Shown in pieces: positions 28,406-38,619 of a stretch of 43,527 nucleotides of DNA. The DNA is from Candidatus Bathyarchaeia archaeon (GTDB lineage Archaea; Thermoproteota; Bathyarchaeia; Bathyarchaeales; Bathycorpusculaceae): NCBI GenBank assembly GCA_049521795.1, contig JBEKOM010000013.1, forward strand, positions 1 through 43,527, given 5' to 3'. A model generated the notes under the pieces. The model was not told the DNA's origin, did not search any database, and saw only the letters and a program-made list of their open reading frames with translations. Each line of letters begins with the position of its first letter. Positions within the stretch are counted from its first letter, which is position 1. The translations under genes were made by a program, and so were the position numbers.

Positions 28406-28762
28406 TTATTTTAGCTCGCCTACATAGCGAAAGTTCATCTTTCCACCGAACATGCTGGCCATCATCTCAGCAAGCATAGTCCGGCAGCTTTGTTCAGCCT
28501 TCTCTTCCTCGCTTACCAGAACCACATCGTCGTGAACTGCCTCTGATGAGACGCGTTCCATCCATTCGTAAGCCTCTTGGCTCCTGAGCCTCATTTCATA
28601 ATTCAACGCGAAACCCTTTGGCGTCATCACTCCATTTCGGTAAAGGTCAAGATCATGCTTGTCAGGAGCGACCGCGTCATTTCCATGGCCGCGCATAATA
28701 AGATAGTACTTCATCTTTTCTGACATCTTTTCCGCAGCCGAGGTTGAACACGTATAAAGCAT
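28406..28762 (-). CDS. DUF488-like protein
   Basis: AP...L...F...Y...L pattern and VVLV.EE....SCR..LA at the C-terminus. Confidence 0.6.
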   Translation of the reverse strand: MLYTCSTSAAEKMSEKMKYYLIMRGHGNDAVAPDKHDLDLYRNGVMTPKGFALNYEMRLRSQEAYEWMERVSSEAVHDDVVLVSEEEKAEQSCRTMLAEMMASMFGGKMNFRYVGELK

Positions 28763-28863
28763 CGATTCTCAGCCTCAATCTTTTTTACTCACCATACTAA
28801 TAAAATCTACTAGACACGAGAGCATATGCCCAAGAGAAAAACAGCATAGCCTGATTAATCTTT

Positions 28864-29568
28864 GTGATAAGAATGCCCGTTGAAAACCTGTCTGACGAAA
28901 TCAGGGCGCTGGCCCTGAAAACAGGAGCGGAACTAGTAGGCTTCACATCATCGGAAAAGATGGAAAAAGAATCTCCACCCGGTCATAGACCATCTGACCT
29001 TTTGAAAGATTCCAGAAGCATAATAACTCTCGCATGCGGAAGAAGCCTCAACGAGGACAGAGAATACATTTACAATTGGGGTCCAGATTTCAGTCTCACC
29101 TACATCCGGCTAAAGGACGAAGTGAAGTGGCGTCGAAAACAGGCAAGAGGATGTATGGACGCTGTGAAAAGCCTCCTTCAACAGAAAGGCTTCAACGCGG
29201 TCACTGAACCTCACGGATGGTCAGGAATACTATCATTCAAGACGGCTTCATACCTATCTGGGCTTGGCGTCTTCGGAAAGGGTAGCTTCATCATCAACTC
29301 GAAACTTGGGCCGCTGAATGTTTTGGCCTGCATTCTCACAGAAGCTCAGCTAGAATATGGTGAACCGCTGAACGCTGATCTATGCAAGGATTGCGTGGAA
29401 TGCATAAAGGCCTGCAAATACGGGGCCTTCAAAAGAGTGGGCAGTAGCCATGAATGGATTGGAGAAAAATGCAGATGCTATGATCTAATAATGAACCCTG
29501 TAACTCTCAAATGGACCTACGGCCCGTGCAACTCAAAATGCGTCACCGCTTGCCCATATGGGAAATAG
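28864..29568 (+). CDS. QueG/epoxyqueuosine-reductase-like 4Fe-4S protein
   Basis: GAELVGF, SFKTASYLSGLGVFGK, CKDCVECIKAC, C...KCVTACP. Confidence 0.78.
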   Translation: MIRMPVENLSDEIRALALKTGAELVGFTSSEKMEKESPPGHRPSDLLKDSRSIITLACGRSLNEDREYIYNWGPDFSLTYIRLKDEVKWRRKQARGCMDAVKSLLQQKGFNAVTEPHGWSGILSFKTASYLSGLGVFGKGSFIINSKLGPLNVLACILTEAQLEYGEPLNADLCKDCVECIKACKYGAFKRVGSSHEWIGEKCRCYDLIMNPVTLKWTYGPCNSKCVTACPYGK

Positions 29569-29611
29569 CGCACGCCAGATCAGCCGCAGATCTTCGTGTG
29601 ACGGCGATTTG

Positions 29612-30175
29612 ATGGTGAAAACCTTGGAGTTTCTCGACGTAGGATGCGGCGACGTGCCCAAGGGAGATGTTAACTTGGATCTTTTCTATTATGGGAGAGG
29701 CAGGAACTTCGTTTTTGGAGAAGCACACCATCTACCGTTCAAGGATGAAACGTTTACCAAAGTGTACTCCAAACACTGCCTAGAGCACCTTGAAAGCCCA
29801 CTTACCTTCTTTGTAGAGGCCAAAAGAGTATTGGCGAAGCAAGGCGTATTGGAGTGTGTCTACCCGTCAGACACCATGCTGACAAAGAAAACCATGCACA
29901 ACCTTCTCAATTTGCAGTGGTCCTCGGCTTTTAAATGGAAAAGGAAGCTAACAGGAGCCGACAAAATCAACTACGGCGGACACAAGTGGCAGCTGCCGGA
30001 TGACAGAGTCCTCAAATTGCTACAGAAAGCAGGCTTCAAAAGAGTGGAATTTGAGAAGATACGCTTCCCAACGATAAGAACCGACAAGGATCAGAAAAGA
30101 AGAAGATGGAAAACCCTAATCAACAAGTATCTTCCAAAGTGGCAAATAGAAACTAGATTTGTAGCGAAATCTTGA
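29612..30175 (+). CDS. Class I SAM-dependent methyltransferase
   Basis: Motifs LDVGCG, HLPFKDETF, HCLEHL. Confidence 0.85.
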   Translation: MVKTLEFLDVGCGDVPKGDVNLDLFYYGRGRNFVFGEAHHLPFKDETFTKVYSKHCLEHLESPLTFFVEAKRVLAKQGVLECVYPSDTMLTKKTMHNLLNLQWSSAFKWKRKLTGADKINYGGHKWQLPDDRVLKLLQKAGFKRVEFEKIRFPTIRTDKDQKRRRWKTLINKYLPKWQIETRFVAKS

Positions 30176-30198
30176 CAAAACGCGCGCACAAAGCTGGA

Positions 30199-31025
30199 TC
30201 ATTTCTTTCTTGCCATGGCGATGTACTGACCTCCTGCCGAACGCAGTATTGGATATCCACTGTCAGCGTATTGCTGCAGTTTCTGCTGGATCTTGACCCC
30301 ACTCTGATAAGGAAACATGTCATGATTAAGGATCCTGAACGGCCCAAACCCAACATTCGTACTCTTTACGATCGTCAGACCAGCGTCGCAGAGATATTGG
30401 TCGATTTCCTTGGGCAAATACATGTGTGAGGGGGCAACACTTCGCGAGCTATGCGGAATAGCTCTTTCAAATTCCTGCTTCATCCTCTCTAACACGGACT
30501 CAACTGCGGGAATCGCCAAGGGATTAAGCAGCGCGTGAGCGCGTGCACTGTTTAAAACAGCATATCCTCCTAGTTTTAAGACCCTCGTAATCTCGCTCAG
30601 TGCCCTCCTCAAGTCATGAAGCCAATTAATTACCCCCAAGGAAACGACAAGATCAAATGACTCATCTTCGAAACTGAGTTCATGAACATCTTCGACGGCC
30701 GCATGAACCCGAGTGTCCATGCCAGCCTGTCTTGCATGTCTCTTTGTTAGCTCAATCATCGCGGGAGCATGGTCTACCGCCTCCACTGCAAATCCTCTTC
30801 GAGCCAGAGCTACTGCCAAGAAACCTGCTCCGCAGCCGACTTCGAGAACATGGGAATTCTTTGGAAGCGACAATTCGTCGACATACTTGAACGCTGCAGC
30901 CTGCCTTTGTCGATTGATGAATCCAAGGGCATTCCCTGTTGATAAGTGTCCCGCCAGAATGCTGATTGGGCATCGAAATACTCATCCACGAGCTTCTGCT
31001 CACGGTTGTGAGTTGTCTCGCCCAA
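30199..31025 (-). pseudogene. Class I SAM-dependent methyltransferase with a one-base frameshift near 30934-30936
   Basis: MGETT...FWRDTYQQG (ORF 30810..31025) continues as NALGFINRQRQAAAFKYVDELSLPKNSHVLEVGCGAG in the frame of 30199..30873. Confidence 0.75.
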
Positions 31026-31171
31026 TCTGCTGTGCCCACCCTCGCTAACCCATTCTACTCATTATTCGAAAACCAATCGCACTCTAAAAACAGTTTCTCT
31101 GCGCATGGTTAATAACCTCTTGAAACTATTAGTTTTGAACGGGTCTTCACACGAAAAAAGGAGTTGGCCAA

Positions 31172-32218
31172 ATGTCTGGAGAAGTAGTTTCCATAGAAAA
31201 AGCGTTGAACTCGAGATGCTCAAGCGGCTTTGGTCCTAGGAAAAGTCACTTCGGCACGTTCGTCAACAAGCGTCCGCCAGAAACAGTGATAGATCAGATC
31301 ATCAACTGCCTTAATATCCCAAGGTTCTCAACGGGAAAGCTTCTACACTGGTTGGAAGATGAATATCTCTTTCTCGGCTTCGAGAACCCGAAAAATCCAA
31401 GTGCCGAACGTGTACTACACGTCGAAAGTGGCATGCAACACGAGGCGGTTTACCTCGCCTGTGCTGCCGAAGCGGTTGGAACATGTGCACACAATCTAGG
31501 AACAGACGGAACGTCAAAAGAAGGAAAAACCACGACCACGAAACACCGAATCTTGGAAATCATTGATCCCTACGGGGCAAGCAAGTTCACAACAAGAGCT
31601 CCCGGACCTGAGAAACCTTTCTTCCTTGGCAAGAACTTGACCACTCCTTCTAGAGATAGCGGAATCGAATGTGTGACACAACTGCCGAAACTCACAACGT
31701 CAAGTCGATCAGGTCCCCCAGCAACGGAAAGAGATATGTCCCAGCTATTATGGGCCGCAAGGGGAAGAACGCCTCACTTCATCACAATCGACAGATGGAA
31801 ACACATGTGGGGCTTAACCGTCCCCACTTGGGGAGGTGTCCAAGATTACACGAGCGTGTACCTGGTGAAGAGCAGGAAGCTGTACCGCTACGTGAACTGG
31901 ACCAAAGAATTTTCTTTAATGAACAGGACTTTGCGTGAGAAACTCGGATGGACTAGAGGAAATCCGACCCATGACATCCGATTTGTTGGAAACGTTGATG
32001 CTAGCCCTCACTTGAATGGGCATGAGAAAGCAATCGTACTATGTCAGAACGAGGGGACTGGGCGAGCACTCTGGGAAATAGGTTACATGCTCGAGAACAT
32101 GCTTCTCCAAGCCACGAGCCTCGGTATATCCTATGAATCAAAGGTCTTCTCGGTAGACGAAGCGTCTGAGCTGAATGAGATAGGAGTGGCGAACGCCGTC
32201 GCAGCAGTCTTTATGTAG
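31172..32218 (+). CDS. Tandem nitroreductase-fold protein (SagB/ThcOx-like)
   Basis: SIEKALNSR, ESGMQHEAVYLAC, SQLLWAARG, TVPTWGG, EIGYMLENMLLQATSLG. Confidence 0.6.
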   Translation: MSGEVVSIEKALNSRCSSGFGPRKSHFGTFVNKRPPETVIDQIINCLNIPRFSTGKLLHWLEDEYLFLGFENPKNPSAERVLHVESGMQHEAVYLACAAEAVGTCAHNLGTDGTSKEGKTTTTKHRILEIIDPYGASKFTTRAPGPEKPFFLGKNLTTPSRDSGIECVTQLPKLTTSSRSGPPATERDMSQLLWAARGRTPHFITIDRWKHMWGLTVPTWGGVQDYTSVYLVKSRKLYRYVNWTKEFSLMNRTLREKLGWTRGNPTHDIRFVGNVDASPHLNGHEKAIVLCQNEGTGRALWEIGYMLENMLLQATSLGISYESKVFSVDEASELNEIGVANAVAAVFM

Positions 32219-32259
32219 AACGAGAGGTAATTCCTCCATCAGAGTTGTCGGTGTCTCAG

Positions 32260-33246
32260 ATGACGAACAGTGCTAAGTACCGGCGGATTCTTGTGACGGG
32301 CGGAGCAGGTTTCATAGGAAGCCACGTCGTGGACAAGTTGATGGAAGACGGTTATGTAGTGACCGTGATAGACAACCTTCACACTGGAAGCCTCACAAAT
32401 ATCGATCGACACACGGACAACCCAAACCTAAGCTTCATAAACGGCGACATTCGAGACATCGATCTGGTCAAAAAAGCCCTGAAAGACGTCGATGTCGTTT
32501 TTCATGAGGCCGCTCTAGCGAGCGTCTCTCTCTCTGTGAAGGATCCGATTTTCACCGACCAGATAAACGTTGAAGGAACACTGGATCTTCTGAAAGCCTC
32601 ATGTGACCAAAACGTCAAGCGTTTCATATACGCCTCCTCAGCAGCGGTCTACGGGAAGACAAAATCCTCCTGCAAGAAAGAGGACGACCACCTGAGTCCA
32701 GCTTCGCCGTACGGAGTTTCAAAGCTGGCAGCTGAAAACTACGTTCAAGTCTTCCAAAGACTGTACGGTATCGAAACAGTCTGCCTGAGATACTTCAACG
32801 TCTACGGCCCAAGACAAAAAGTCGACGTACACGGTAGCTACGGAGGTGTCATATCGATATTCATAAACAGAATCCTGAAGAACATGCCTCCGATCATAAA
32901 CGGAGACGGAGAACAAACCAGAGACTTCGTCTACATCCACGACGTAGTCAAAGCCAACATGCTGGCCATGAACACCGAAAAGGGCATAGGCGAAGCCTTT
33001 AACATAGCAACAGGCAAAGGCGCAAGCATAAACAAAGTTGCAGAAACCCTAAAGCAAATTATGAACAAAAAAGAGTTGAAAGACATCCACACCGAACCCA
33101 GACCCACCGACATAAAACACGGATACGCAGACATAAGCAAGGCAAGAGAAATCCTAGGTTATGAACCGCAATTCTCCATAGAAGAAGGGCTAGCTGATCT
33201 TGTCCACTGGTACACTAAGAAGAATTCGAAATACGAGCAAAAATGA
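32260..33246 (+). CDS. NAD-dependent NDP-sugar 4-epimerase (extended SDR)
   Basis: Motifs [42 protein letters not shown]. Confidence 0.95.
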   Translation: MTNSAKYRRILVTGGAGFIGSHVVDKLMEDGYVVTVIDNLHTGSLTNIDRHTDNPNLSFINGDIRDIDLVKKALKDVDVVFHEAALASVSLSVKDPIFTDQINVEGTLDLLKASCDQNVKRFIYASSAAVYGKTKSSCKKEDDHLSPASPYGVSKLAAENYVQVFQRLYGIETVCLRYFNVYGPRQKVDVHGSYGGVISIFINRILKNMPPIINGDGEQTRDFVYIHDVVKANMLAMNTEKGIGEAFNIATGKGASINKVAETLKQIMNKKELKDIHTEPRPTDIKHGYADISKAREILGYEPQFSIEEGLADLVHWYTKKNSKYEQK

Positions 33247-33424
33247 ATGAATCAACACAACCAAAATCAACGTTGTCAGGTTTTCCGCAAGAAATAGTAT
33301 GCGCATGGAAACAAAGGCTAAAAGCGGCCGTTAGCTTTTTGGACAAGAAGGAAAAAAGCTACGAACACAAGAAAACAGGTCTTCTGAGCCTTTGGAAACC
33401 CTGAATCCCTAATCGGGTGAAGAA

Positions 33425-35518
33425 ATGAGAGCCCAGCACTTACATCTCAATATGCGCACTAAGAGCAATCTAGTCTTAGGCTTCAAAATTGCAGTTGTCG
33501 CTGTCGCAACTCTAGCGATCTTCTATCAAGACCTGGTGATATTGGCAAACGACGCCTTGCAGAGCGACTTCATGAGCTACATCTTCGCTGTACCACTCCT
33601 ATTCGTCTACCTGTTGTATCGCAAAAGAAAAATGCTGACGGCAGCAATCGCTGAGAGGCAAGATGAACAAGGAACAACGCGATACTTGCCGGCGATTGCT
33701 GGAATTCTTCTTTCGGCCACAGCGATATTGCTCTACTGGCATGGCTCGTACACGTTTACTCCGTTAGAATACCACATGATGACCTTGCCCCTTCTTGCAG
33801 CCGGCTTAATCCTCGTCTTTTTCAACGCAAATACACTTAGACAGTCTATCTTTGCAATAGCTTTCCTCTTCCTGTTGACACCGCCTCCTTTGGAAACCCT
33901 CTACAGTTGGGGCTCCACGCTGTCGGTAGTAAGCTCAGAAATCTCCTATAACCTTGTGAGGCTGTTTCAGATACCAGCTACTCTCACAAGCGATTCCGGC
34001 ACTCCAGTGATACAGATCACTAGGGCCACCGGCGCAACAATCCCCTTTCCCGTTGACGTTGCATGTTCGGGAATCTACAGTCTGATCGGATTCCTAGTGT
34101 TCGCAGTGTTCACTGCCTACATGATAAGAGACAAACTCTGGAAGAAGCTCTTCCTTTTTGTTATCGGGTTCTCTCTGATTTACGTAATTAACATAGCAAG
34201 GATAACCACGATTCTCATGATAGGCTACGAACTCGGCGAACAAACAGCACTTCAAGTCTTTCACCTATTGGGAGGATGGATCCTGATATTCATAGGAACA
34301 TTTGTTCTGCTAATATTCGCAGAGAGAATACTGCACGCTCAGATCTTCTCCAAATCAACCGAAAAATGCTCAGGATGCAACCCGAAACCTGAGAAAGATC
34401 AAGACTTTTGTCTTTCATGTGGAAGAATCCTGAAGCCAGTCCGCATCAATTTTCGCAGACTTGACACTGTAAGAATAGTTGCAGTAGCTGCTGTCGTGAT
34501 TCTGCTCTTGTCAATTCAAGTGCCTGTATTCGCATTAACGAACGGGCCAGCACAAATAATGATTCAAACCCCAACGGGAGAGCAGGGAAACAAACAGCTA
34601 CTGCCACAGATACCCGGTTACGAACCGACATTCTTGTATCGTGACACAGACTTCGAAAACTTATCAGGGCAGGAAGCTTCGCTCGTGTATGCTTACGAGT
34701 CGTTAGATAAGACAAAGAAACCCGTCTACGTGGCGATCGGAATAGCGTCCACAACAGGTCCCCTTCACCGTTGGGAATATTGCCTAAATGGACCCGATAG
34801 ACCGGTCTACGGCACCAGTTTAGATTTGAAAGATACGCAGATTTTGGATAATCCACCTATCATCGCAAGGTACTTCGCTTTTCAATGGGTGAGCACAAAT
34901 CAAACCGAAGTGGTCCTGTACTGGTACGAAAGCGCGATTTTCAAAGCAAATGACACAGCCCAACAGAAGCAGGTAGAAATAAGCCTGATCACGTACCCAG
35001 ACAGCCCACAGAACCTGACACGAATAGAGGAGTTGCTGCCATTCGCCACGGCAATAGCCCAATACTGGGAACCCATCAAAACATGGTCACAGGTAGCTCT
35101 AATACTGTCCCAACAAAGCTTAACGCTCGCGGCAGCAACTGGCATACCAATTCCAGTTATCGCAGTTCTGTATTTACTGAGGAAGAGAAAAGAAAGAAAA
35201 GCAAACACAAAGGCCTATCTAAAACTCGCAAAGCCGACTAGAGACATCATCGACGCCGTCTCAGAGACCGAGAAAACAGAGTCGCCCACGCTAGCTGCAA
35301 TTGCTGCCGCATTCAGAAACAGAATGGGCGAGTCCGTAGAAGACGAAAAATTGCTTGAAAGACTCACAGAAGCGGAGAAAGTGGGCGTAATAAAGAACGA
35401 GATTGCAAACGTACAGGACCAGCCAACACGAATATGGAAAACTCAAATGACATCAAGATTTCACTTGGCCAGCGTAACTCGTTTCATCAGACTTCGCTTC
35501 TCAAAACCCACACACTAA
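33425..35518 (+). CDS. Exosortase/archaeosortase-family transpeptidase with a zinc ribbon and an EpsI-like domain
   Basis: Multi-TM protein with VACSG, NIARI and FH...GW (Cys/Arg/His triad), CSGC...CLSC, and a later LHRWEYCL...VLYWY domain. Confidence 0.85.
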   Translation: MRAQHLHLNMRTKSNLVLGFKIAVVAVATLAIFYQDLVILANDALQSDFMSYIFAVPLLFVYLLYRKRKMLTAAIAERQDEQGTTRYLPAIAGILLSATAILLYWHGSYTFTPLEYHMMTLPLLAAGLILVFFNANTLRQSIFAIAFLFLLTPPPLETLYSWGSTLSVVSSEISYNLVRLFQIPATLTSDSGTPVIQITRATGATIPFPVDVACSGIYSLIGFLVFAVFTAYMIRDKLWKKLFLFVIGFSLIYVINIARITTILMIGYELGEQTALQVFHLLGGWILIFIGTFVLLIFAERILHAQIFSKSTEKCSGCNPKPEKDQDFCLSCGRILKPVRINFRRLDTVRIVAVAAVVILLLSIQVPVFALTNGPAQIMIQTPTGEQGNKQLLPQIPGYEPTFLYRDTDFENLSGQEASLVYAYESLDKTKKPVYVAIGIASTTGPLHRWEYCLNGPDRPVYGTSLDLKDTQILDNPPIIARYFAFQWVSTNQTEVVLYWYESAIFKANDTAQQKQVEISLITYPDSPQNLTRIEELLPFATAIAQYWEPIKTWSQVALILSQQSLTLAAATGIPIPVIAVLYLLRKRKERKANTKAYLKLAKPTRDIIDAVSETEKTESPTLAAIAAAFRNRMGESVEDEKLLERLTEAEKVGVIKNEIANVQDQPTRIWKTQMTSRFHLASVTRFIRLRFSKPTH

Positions 35519-35916
35519 TTGCGCCCTCATTTTCGAGGCTATCCCGCCAATGCGTAACTCCCCCTGGCTCTCGAAATCAAACCGCGACTACAAAACGTTT
35601 GAACAAGCATGTCGTAGCGTGACACGCTAGCGATGTGCGACCGCGCTCTCAGAGTATTTGTCAACCTAACGATTTCTCGCATTTTCTTGTATTATCATAC
35701 ATGATATATTGCTATTACTGAAATACGCCTTTTAGTCCATGCAGTTGTTACTACAGTTATCCACTAACTGGTGAGTGACAATGGCAAAACTTGCCCTGCT
35801 TAAACCTCTCCACGACAACAGCGCAATGCAAAAATGGCGAGTCAAGGCTGAGCATATGCTTTCAACTTGGTCGCGCGCGCTTATTTGCGGTTCAAAATAG
35901 AAAAGGGGAATCCGAA

Positions 35917-36744
35917 GTGCACGTAACAATCACCCTGGTAGGCTCAGCAGTCGCTACAATGCTTGTACTGGGCACGGTCTCACTAGTAGCCTCAATAGGC
36001 TATAATTCATCCATACTTGCGTTCATAGGCCTCGGCTTGGTCTTCTGGGGAGCAGTTCTTCTCTACGTCAAACCTGAAGAGTACACGAGAGAAACCCTCC
36101 TGGAAGCTGCATTGTCACCTCCTCTCAGAGCATTGAACCAGATGATACTAATAATGGGCTACAAAGGAGACGCCACGTACCTGCCTCCAAAATACTTCAC
36201 AGATCCAGAAGCAACTCGAATATGCGTGTCAAAGTACAAGTATGCAAGCCTTCCAACGCCAGAACAAATCCAACCATACGAGGACCAACCCTTAACCCGA
36301 ACCGCGCATGGCCTGTTGCTCACACCGCCCGGCTTTGAACTGTCAAAACTGCTGGAAAAGTCACTCGGAAAGAGCTTCATCAAAACAGACCTCGAAAGCC
36401 TTTTGCAGAACCTCCCAAAAATCTTCATCGAAGACTTGGAAATCGCCCAGAACCTAGAACTGCAAAAAGAAAACGGCACTTCCAACACGAAAAAGGATAA
36501 CACTGTATCCCTCACGCCGGTGAAGAACACCACGGTCCACGCAAGAATAACCAAACCAATCATCAGAAACACAATCAAAGAAGCCGAAGGTTCGCAGATA
36601 ACTAGCTCAATCCTCTTCCCGCTCTGCAGCGCCATCGCCATAGCTGTAACCAAAGCCACCGGCAAACCCGTAAGAATAACAGACACCAAGAGCTCTGAAG
36701 ACGGCAATGTCTTAGAAGCCAACTTCGAAATCGTGGAGGAATAG
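35917..36744 (+). CDS. Conserved hypothetical protein with an N-terminal TM hairpin
   Basis: Paralogous to the C-terminal third of 21974..24781. Start placed at GTG downstream of the tract at 35872. Confidence 0.75.
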   Translation: MHVTITLVGSAVATMLVLGTVSLVASIGYNSSILAFIGLGLVFWGAVLLYVKPEEYTRETLLEAALSPPLRALNQMILIMGYKGDATYLPPKYFTDPEATRICVSKYKYASLPTPEQIQPYEDQPLTRTAHGLLLTPPGFELSKLLEKSLGKSFIKTDLESLLQNLPKIFIEDLEIAQNLELQKENGTSNTKKDNTVSLTPVKNTTVHARITKPIIRNTIKEAEGSQITSSILFPLCSAIAIAVTKATGKPVRITDTKSSEDGNVLEANFEIVEE

Positions 36745-36748
36745 CTCA

Positions 36749-36961
36749 ATGGATTTTCCCCTGTCATTCTGGGACATAAGCCTATGGCTAGCCATCACAG
36801 CCGTAATACTACTCGTAACCTCAGAAGTCATCTCACCATACTATGGAAAAACAAACCTGCTCATCAACAAGAAAAGACTGCGAAACGTAGCACTAACCGT
36901 TTCAACACTCTTCCTCGTAACAGTGGCTGTAAGAATAGTCACCCTCATAATCAGCCCATGA
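36749..36961 (+). CDS. Small two-TM membrane protein
   Basis: Hydrophobic 70-aa ORF with a paralogue at 24786. Confidence 0.8.
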   Translation: MDFPLSFWDISLWLAITAVILLVTSEVISPYYGKTNLLINKKRLRNVALTVSTLFLVTVAVRIVTLIISP

Positions 36962-37186
36962 AGCGCAAAGAAACACGCAGATCAACGCGCTTGCAACCCA
37001 CATTCTATACAGCGACAAACATGAAGGCACGTTTGGATTCCAAGCAGGCTGGAAATTCTGCGGCCGCACGTGCCTCCAGTGGAAACGCTGCTTTTACGAC
37101 AGCGAAACAACGTTAACATAGAAGCATAAACCCTAAAACCTACGACAAACCTAACAAATCAAGCGCGCGCGAAGGAGCCGACACAT

Positions 37187-37846
37187 TTGCCTGAAAAACC
37201 CGACGAAGACGAACTGGACCAGCAGATAATCCGCACCGTTGAAACGGCAAAACCGGAAAACGTTCAACAACTAATCGACCAGGTACAGGCAGTGTCATCA
37301 AGACCCAAACGGGAAATTCTGGATCGAATACTGCAACTGCAGCAAACAGAAAAAATCCACCTCAAACCGCCCCAAACACCTATCCCAGAAAAGCTCACAA
37401 GCTACCTGCGCTCAAACCAAGCCGTCTGGTACTGGATCACCATGACACTCACGATAGCTACAGCCATAGTCGTGTTCACCGTCCCAGAAGACACCTTCCC
37501 ACTAGTGTACCTAAGATACGTCCTAGGCACAATATTCATCCTGTGGCTGCCAGGCTACGCGTTCATAAAAGCCCTCTTCCCTCAAAACCTTCCATTCGCC
37601 AAAGCCCTTTCACACTCACTCGACACGTCTGAAAAAGGCTTGGACGCCATCGAACGCACAGCCCTGAGTGTCGGCATGAGCTTAGCACTCGTGCCCGTCG
37701 TCGGCTTGCTCCTAAACTACACGCCGTGGGGCATCCGTCTAACACCAATAGTCTTAAGCCTACTCGCGTTGACCACAGTCTTCGCCACGGCCGCAATCAT
37801 AAGAGAACACCAAACCAGAGCCCCAGAAAAAAGCAAACCTCAATAG
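37187..37846 (+). CDS. DUF1616-family membrane protein
   Basis: RYVLG..FIL.LPGY..I.ALFP, D.IER.ALS.GMSLA, GLLLNYTPWGIRL. Confidence 0.85.
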   Translation: MPEKPDEDELDQQIIRTVETAKPENVQQLIDQVQAVSSRPKREILDRILQLQQTEKIHLKPPQTPIPEKLTSYLRSNQAVWYWITMTLTIATAIVVFTVPEDTFPLVYLRYVLGTIFILWLPGYAFIKALFPQNLPFAKALSHSLDTSEKGLDAIERTALSVGMSLALVPVVGLLLNYTPWGIRLTPIVLSLLALTTVFATAAIIREHQTRAPEKSKPQ

Positions 37847-37969
37847 CCATCAGTGAAACGAGTCTATCTAACCTCTATAACACTCTTTCATAAGATTATT
37901 CGATAAGAATATTCCTTAACCGTTTATAAGATTCAATGAGAACACTTCTTTCGTCGAAGGGAGAAAGAA

Positions 37970-38494
37970 ATGAAAAAGAAAATCTTACTCGCAACGTTGG
38001 GGTTGATGATTTCTGCAATTCTCATAGGCGTTGCAAGAGCCCAGATCAACGTTACAATCACGCTCACAGACGCTGGCAACAACAGCATCCCCAGCACGGT
38101 GCCCATCGGCACAACCGTCTACGTCCACGGCTTCTACCAAGATATAAGCGATGGCGCGTCAGCCAAAGCCCTGATGGAAGTGTACTACGACAACGGCTCA
38201 GGATTAACCAGCAAAACAACGTTATACTCGGGCAGCATCGACAGTGGCCAAACAATAACAAGATCAACAACGCTGACACAACCAGGATCCTACGAATTCA
38301 GGTGGACATGCACGCAAATAGTCATCGCAGACAGCCTCGGAAACACGGGCTTTGGAACACAGTGCGTGGTAAAAAGAGGATTTATCACCGTAACACTGGT
38401 GACACTACCCGTACCAGAACCCGGAACATTTGCAGGCTTGATCATGGCACTCTCAGCATTCGGCCTACTGGCAGTCAAAAAGGCGAAACGCTAA
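37970..38494 (+). CDS. Secreted protein with a PEP-CTERM sorting signal
   Basis: Signal peptide MKKKILL...VARA. C-terminus VPEPGT, TM helix, KKAKR. Confidence 0.88.
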   Translation: MKKKILLATLGLMISAILIGVARAQINVTITLTDAGNNSIPSTVPIGTTVYVHGFYQDISDGASAKALMEVYYDNGSGLTSKTTLYSGSIDSGQTITRSTTLTQPGSYEFRWTCTQIVIADSLGNTGFGTQCVVKRGFITVTLVTLPVPEPGTFAGLIMALSAFGLLAVKKAKR

Positions 38495-38619
38495 CCTCAA
38501 AACACTTTTTCACGGCGCGCGCAAAGAAAACTCACGTTTTATTCATAAGTCTGACGCCCTCGCTCTCTCTTCTGCTCTGTGTGAATAAAGCACGCGATTC
38601 ACGACACTAACCTTGCGCG

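Noticed and set aside
31172-32218. RiPP (azole) biosynthesis cluster
   Set aside because: Only a SagB-like fold is present, with no YcaO, E1-like protein or precursor peptide.
37936-38610. 224-aa alternative-frame ORF, and antisense ORFs such as 36159..36767 and 24226..24786
   Set aside because: They are shadows of well-supported genes and have no motifs of their own.
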